DNA of 64,000 nt from Scenedesmus sp. PABB004 (Eukaryota). Below the pieces are notes generated by a model. It did no database searches. It was given only the letters and a program-made list of their open reading frames with translations, and had not been told where the DNA came from. Position numbers and translations under genes: made by a program. The stretch is from assembly GCA_014905635.1 (NCBI GenBank), contig JABVCE010000004.1, positions 620,001 through 684,000 on the forward strand. The letters run 5' to 3'. Below, piece after piece: positions 59,001 to 64,000 of the stretch; position 1 is the stretch's first letter; each line of letters begins with the position of its first letter.

Positions 59001-59253
59001 GCAGAGGACGACGCGCCCGCGGCCACGCAGGCGCCGACGCAGGCGCCGACGCAGGCGCGCGCGGCGGCGCGGCGGCGGCCTGCTGGGCGCGCACCGCGAA
59101 GCCGCGCAGCGCGAGTGGCTGCTGCGGCACGTGCTGCTGCCGGCCGCAAAGGCGGTCTACCGCCCGCCGCGGCACCGCGCGCGCGACGGCAGCGTGCTGC
59201 TGCTGACCTCGATGGAGCGGCTGTACCGCGTGTTTGAGCGCTGCGGCTGGTGA
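56047..59253 (+). CDS. MLH1: DNA mismatch repair protein MLH1
   Basis: [81 protein letters not shown]. Confidence 0.97.
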
Positions 59254-59263
59254 CGGCCGCAGC

Positions 59264-59268
59264 TGTAA
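59264..59268 (+). promoter_or_regulatory. TGTAA chlorophyte-type polyadenylation signal after MLH1
   Basis: gctgtaacg about 10 nt after the stop; TGTAA is the established chlorophyte polyA signal. Confidence 0.45.
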
Positions 59269-59612
59269 CGCGCCCGGGCCTAGCCGCAGCGCCTAGCGCG
59301 CACTTGAGACAATTGTCTCAGCCCTTGCAAGCAGGTTGCCTCGCCGCAGCCAATTCTGCTGCGGCGCCGGCGACGACGCCGTCATCCCCCCTCCTGCTCG
59401 GCGCGCCCTTGCCACACTACATCCCGCCGACCTGCGCAGCCCCCCAGGCCATGGACAGTTTTCTGGCGCGCAGGGGGCATCCTCGCAGCCCCGCCGCGCA
59501 CTGCATGTCAGGGGGTCGAGGGCGCCGCCCCGCGCTCAAGCTGCACACACGCCCTCCGCTCGCCGCCGCGCCTGAAGCTGCAGGCGCGCACGCAGCACAC
59601 GCAGCACACGCC

Positions 59613-60884
59613 TCACGCCGTCGCAGGCGCCGCACCGGCGCTGGAGCTGGCGACGGCGCCGTCGCGCCACTTGAGCAGCCCCGCAAACTGCTTGCCCAGG
59701 TTGGGCGCGACGAAGAGCGCGCGGCCGGCCGCAAACGTCGTGCCGCGCCCGTCGCTCACGCCCGCGCGCATCCAGACCTTGCGCGGCTCCACCGCCTCCA
59801 CCTCGGTCGTGATGAGTAGCACCGTGCCGGCGGGGATCTTGCGCTTGTAGTCCAGCTCCAGCCGCGCGGTCAGGCCCGGCAGCGTCGCGCCGAGCCGCCC
59901 CGTCGTCAGCAGCGCGGTGTAGAGGCCGCCAAAGCTCTCGTCCACGAGCGCCGCGGTCAGGCCGCCGTGCACCGTCGACGGGTACCCGCACACGTCCCTG
60001 GCGGGACGGCGGCGACGCGGACGTCGGCAGCGACGCGGCGGCGGGCCGCGGCGCAGCTCGCGCGCGCGCGGCCCTGCCGCTCTGCCGCTCTGCCGCGCTG
60101 CCGCCGCCGCTGCCACTGCCGCCTGGCCGCCGCCGCCCTGAGCAGCGTGACTCACTTGCCGAGCATGACCACGCTGTAGAACTTTCGCTCCTCGGCGCTG
60201 TAGAAGCAGCGAAACTCCTTCACCTGCTCGCTGCGCCGCATCGTCTCAAACTGCGTGGGAGAGGCGCGTCGCAGCGACGGCGGCGGCAGATGCGCGTTGT
60301 CGCGGCGGGCCCGCCAGCCCCCACGCGCGGCGCCGCGACGGCCGGCGGCGGGTGGCCGGGTGGCGGGACCGCCGCAGCCCGTGCGGCGGCGCGGCCGCGC
60401 AGCAGCTCCCGCGCGCCGCACGGCGCACCAGGTGGTCGTCCTCCGTGAGCAGCTGGCCCACGGGGTGCTTGCGCAGCTGCTGCCCCGGGACCAGCATCTC
60501 GCGCATGCCCGGCCGGCGCGCGAGCTCGTCCACCCAGGCGATGCCGGCGGTTTCGAAGGGCCCCGCGTCGGCGTCGTCGTCGCCGCGCCACTTCCAGGCC
60601 GCCGTCGCCGTCGCGGCGCCGCCGCCAAACGCGGCCGCGCCGAAGCGCGCGCCCCACGCGCCGCGCAGCAGCGCCGCGACGAGCCCGCCCGCCGCGCCCG
60701 CGCCGGCCGCCGCTGCGGCCGACACGTTGCGCGGGCCGCCGGCGCCGCCGGCGGGGCGCGGCTGCGGCCGCGGCCCCGGGCGCGCCGCGCCGCCGCGGTC
60801 GCCGGGCGAGCGCGGCCGCCCGCCGCCGCCGCCGCCGCCGCCCCAGGCCGCACGCCAGCCACGCAGCAGGTGCCGCCCGAACAT
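59613..60884 (-). CDS. Hotdog-fold acyl-CoA thioesterase (PaaI/THEM4-like), probably mitochondrial
   Basis: LGK|DVCGYPSTVHGGLTAALVDE...TARLELDYKRKIP...EPRKVW...GRALFV; N-terminus MFGRHLLRGWR. Confidence 0.88.
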
Positions 60885-61258
60885 GGCGCGGCGCCCCGCC
60901 GCCGCCGCTGTTGCAGCGCCCGCTGCCTCCCTGGCGCGCGGCGCTGCCGGCCGCGCAGCCGCCCGGGAGCGCTGGTGGGACGGTGGAACGACGATGCAAA
61001 GGTGTGCAGGCGCTGATGCGTGGTGGTTGCGTCTGCTGCGGCGCTGCTCGCGCTGCGTGCACGACGCCGGGCGTGGGGGTGACGTGCGCGTGGTGAGGGG
61101 CCGTGGCACGCGAGTGGCGGGCCCGCGGCGGGCGGCGACCGAGCGGAGCGGCGCGGGGGGCGCTTGTGACCGCGGAGCCGCACCTCGCAGGACCTGCTGA
61201 CCACGCCGGGTCGCCATCGCTCCATCGCGCCGCACGTCGAGTTCCCAAGCAACACGCC

Positions 61259-62412
61259 ATGGCGCTCGCGAGCAGCTGGAGCAGCAGCAGGCAGTGCGGC
61301 ATGCGAGCGGCGGCAGCAGCGCCGCGCGCGGCCGCCGGCCGCGGGGCGGCAGCAGCGCCCGGTGAGCCTGCGGCGCGGCCTCCCGGCGCCCTCCCGGCCC
61401 TCCAGCGCCGACTGCCTCCCAATGAGCCCGCCGCGCCGCCCGCAGGAGCGCGCCGCCGGCAAGGAGCGCCGCTGTCGGCGCGGGCGCTGGTGCGCCGCCG
61501 CGCGGCGGAGCAGGAGCCCGGCGCCGGCCCGCCGTCGGCGGCAGCGCAGCCGCCGGCGCAGCCGCCGGCGCAGCCGCCGCAGCAGCTGGAGCAGCAGCAG
61601 GGCGCCGCGTCCCCGACGTCGAGCATGGACGGCGGCCGGCGCGTGCGCAAGGCCGAGTCGACCGACGCCATCGCCAGCTTCCTCTCGCGCCGCTTCGGGT
61701 GCGCGGCGCCGCGCTGTGGCCGCGGCGGCGGCCGCCTCCGCCGACGCGCGCCGAGCCTCGCGCCGCCGCCGCGCCCCCGGCACCGCCAGGCTCGCGGGCG
61801 GGCTTGCGTGGCTCGGCTTCCTTGCTGTCGGCACGCTCGGCGAGCAGGTCAAAACGCGGCTGGAGGTCGCGGCCGAAAAGGCAGGCACACGCGACGTCGC
61901 CGACGCGGCAGAGGTCACGCTGCCGAGCGGCGTGCGCGTGACCGACCTGCGGCTCGGCGGCGGCGCGCCGCCGCAGCCGCGCTACCTGGTGGTGCTCGAC
62001 TACGTGTGAGCGGCGGGGCGCGGCCGCGCCGCGCGCGCGCCGGCGCCCTCCGCGGCGCCGCGGGCTCACGCGCCGCCGCGGGCTCACGCGCCGCCGCCGC
62101 CGCCGCCGCCGCAGCGGGCGCGCCAACGGGCAGGTGTTTGAGGACACGCGCGCGCGGGGCAAGCCGATCGTGTTCATCTTTGGCGCGCGGCCCTTCTCGG
62201 GCGGGCTGTGCGCGGGCGCGGAGGAGGCGCTCGCGGGCATGCGCGCCGGCGGCGTGCGCCGCGCGGTCGTGCCGGCGGCGCAAGGCTTTGGTGAACGCGG
62301 CAGCGTGCTGCGCCCGACGGAGCACGTCCCCGACAAGCAGGGCGTCATCCCTTCCAATGCGGAGCTGGAGTACGAGCTCACCCTGCGCACCGTGAGCATC
62401 CCACCGAGCTGA
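61259..62412 (+). CDS. Chloroplast/thylakoid FKBP-type PPIase (FKBP17-like)
   Basis: STDAIASFLSRRFG|LAGGLAWLGFLAVGTLGEQVKTRLE; DLRLGGG; GAEEALAGMRAGG.R..VVP..GFG; IPSNAELEYEL. Confidence 0.9.
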
Positions 62413-62460
62413 GCCGAGGGGGCCTGAGCGCCGAGGGGCTGGGAGCTGAGAGCCGGGCGC

Positions 62461-62488
62461 AGCTGAGCTGAGCTGAGCTGAGCTGAGC
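62461..62488. repeat. (AGCTG)n pentamer microsatellite
   Basis: agctgagctgagctgagctgagctgagc. Confidence 0.9.
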
Positions 62489-62781
62489 GCACGCGTCGCG
62501 GCTGGGCCGCGAGCGGCTGCAGCGCTGCGGGCGTGGTGCGCCCCGCGCGGCGGGGGGCTGCCGCGCGGGGCGCCTCGCGAGTAAGCTGCTCGCCGCCCTG
62601 GGCGGGCCTGGCGGTCGGGCTGGCGGACAACGCCCGATCACAACGCGCCCCCGCACGCGCGCACTCAGCTGACAGACAGAGCAGCAAGGCGATCACTCGC
62701 AGCCTGACCTATGGGACCTGCAGCTGCTGCACTCAAGCCCACCACGGCGGGCGCCACCCGCCCGCGAACCATGAGCCCTGA

Positions 62782-63549
62782 TCAGGGCTCGCCGCCCGCC
62801 TCGGTGCGGGGGCCCGCCGTCTCCTCGCGCACCGCGCGCTTCACTGCTTCCGGGTCGCCCGCTGGCTGCGAGGCGCTGCGAGGGCCGCCGGCGCCCTGCT
62901 CGCCGGCGCCCCCGGCCGCCGCCTGCTCGCCGCCGCGCGGCGCGCGCTCCTGGTCCACCGCCGGCGGAGGCGCCCCGCCGCGCAGCGCCGCGATGTCGGC
63001 GTCGCGCAGCTCGCCCGGCGGGTCGCCCGGCGCCGGCTCGCACATCGCACCGTCCTCGGCGAGCGGGCCGCCTGGGATGTGGGCGGCGAGCGCGCCCGGC
63101 AGGCCGGGGCCGCCCTGCCCGCGCGCCGGAGGCGCCGGCGCGCACTCGCTGGGCGGCGCGCCAGGGGCGGCGGCACTCGCGGTGTCGTTGTCGTCGTAGC
63201 GGTCCAGCGCAAGGTGCCGGGGCACCGCGTCAGCGTCGCCGACCACCGCGTCTCCCGCCCACTGGCAGCGCGCCGCCGCGTCCGTGGGGTCGACCGGCGC
63301 GCCCGAGGACGGCGGCAGCGCGCGCAGGAGCGTGCCGCCGACCGCGCAGGTGACGGGGGAGCGCGGGCGCGCCGGCGAGGGCAGCCGCGCGCCGCTGCCG
63401 GCGCGGCGCAGCCCGCCGCCCGCCGGGGGCGCGTGGTCGGGAGCGCTGGCCGTGCGCGCCGCGCGCGCGAAGCCGAGGTCGAGCTTGTGCATCACGCGTG
63501 CGCGCACGCGCGCCGGGCAGCGGGCGGCGGGCGCGGCGCGGCGGAGCAT
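62782..63549 (-). CDS. Hypothetical protein, no recognisable domain
   Basis: Open frame MLRRAAPAARC...; acidic/Pro-rich composition with GC3-biased codons; AT-richer upstream region. Confidence 0.45.
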   Translation of the reverse strand: MLRRAAPAARCPARVRARVMHKLDLGFARAARTASAPDHAPPAGGGLRRAGSGARLPSPARPRSPVTCAVGGTLLRALPPSSGAPVDPTDAAARCQWAGDAVVGDADAVPRHLALDRYDDNDTASAAAPGAPPSECAPAPPARGQGGPGLPGALAAHIPGGPLAEDGAMCEPAPGDPPGELRDADIAALRGGAPPPAVDQERAPRGGEQAAAGGAGEQGAGGPRSASQPAGDPEAVKRAVREETAGPRTEAGGEP

Positions 63550-64000
63550 GACGCGCCGGCGCCGGCGCGCGGAGCGGGTGCTGCTTTGGGGGCGGTTGTA
63601 GTGCGCCTGGGTTGGGCGGTGCAGGCGGCGGGGCTGCTGAAGCTGCGGCGGCGGCGCGCGGGCGGCGGGCGGGCGCCGGCGGGCCCAACCATTAACTGAA
63701 CCGCAAGGCAGCTCCCCGACCAGCTCCGGCACGCCTAAAATGCTAAATTGAGAGCTGAGCAGCTCACGGTGAGCACGCGCGCACGCGCACGCGCTGGGAG
63801 CAGCTGGCATTGCACGTTCTCCAAAGTGTGGGCAGCTGCTGCTGCGTGCCGGCCGGCGATCGCTGTGAGCGGATGAAATTGAGCTTGCACGCACTTTCAG
63901 ATCGTGGCGCGAGGCTGTAGCGCAGGTGCGCGGGACGTTGGCGCGGGCACCCGGGCCCCCGACGCGCAGGGCCGCCCCGACACGCCGCTCGGCGCCGCTC

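Noticed and set aside
1..64000. Hundreds of long overlapping Arg/Ala/Pro/Gly-rich ORFs on both strands (e.g. 35339-37915+, 30179-32383+, 46037-48394-)
   Set aside because: Expected from the scarcity of stop codons at this GC content; they are antisense or off-frame shadows of real spliced genes

Overview
This is extremely GC-rich, gene-dense eukaryotic nuclear DNA with many spliceosomal introns. It most likely comes from a chlorophyte green alga of the Sphaeropleales type. That assignment is an inference from plastid-targeted DXS, FKBP, CBS and CRM genes, an LCI1-like gene, GTGCG/GTGAG donors, GCGCAG acceptors and a TGTAA after MLH1. Most ORFs in the six-frame track are artefacts of the GC content. 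Joining exons by hand gives about 23 genes: a partial Zn-finger gene, a macrodomain protein, CRM/YhbY, DUF1757, two tandem bacterial-like subtilisins, two NT-C2 proteins, DXS, a PhoD phosphatase, an OSCA/ERD4 channel, CBSX-like, Vtc4-like polyP polymerase, an IDM1-like PHD-GNAT-MBD protein, Yippee, FUN14, Serinc, SMG8, a Zn-ADH, LCI1-like, MLH1, a thioesterase, FKBP17-like and one orphan. No CRISPR array, tRNA, rRNA or intact transposon was found. Notable signals: (1) about 14 GC-AG introns, roughly one in ten of those traced; (2) a perfect 26-bp hairpin with a uORF burying the PhoD start codon; (3) repeated local copy or snap-back insertions within genes; (4) a Vtc4-like enzyme with an eroded SPX sensor; (5) an IDM1-like protein with a C-terminal MBD. 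Gene boundaries are manual and approximate.
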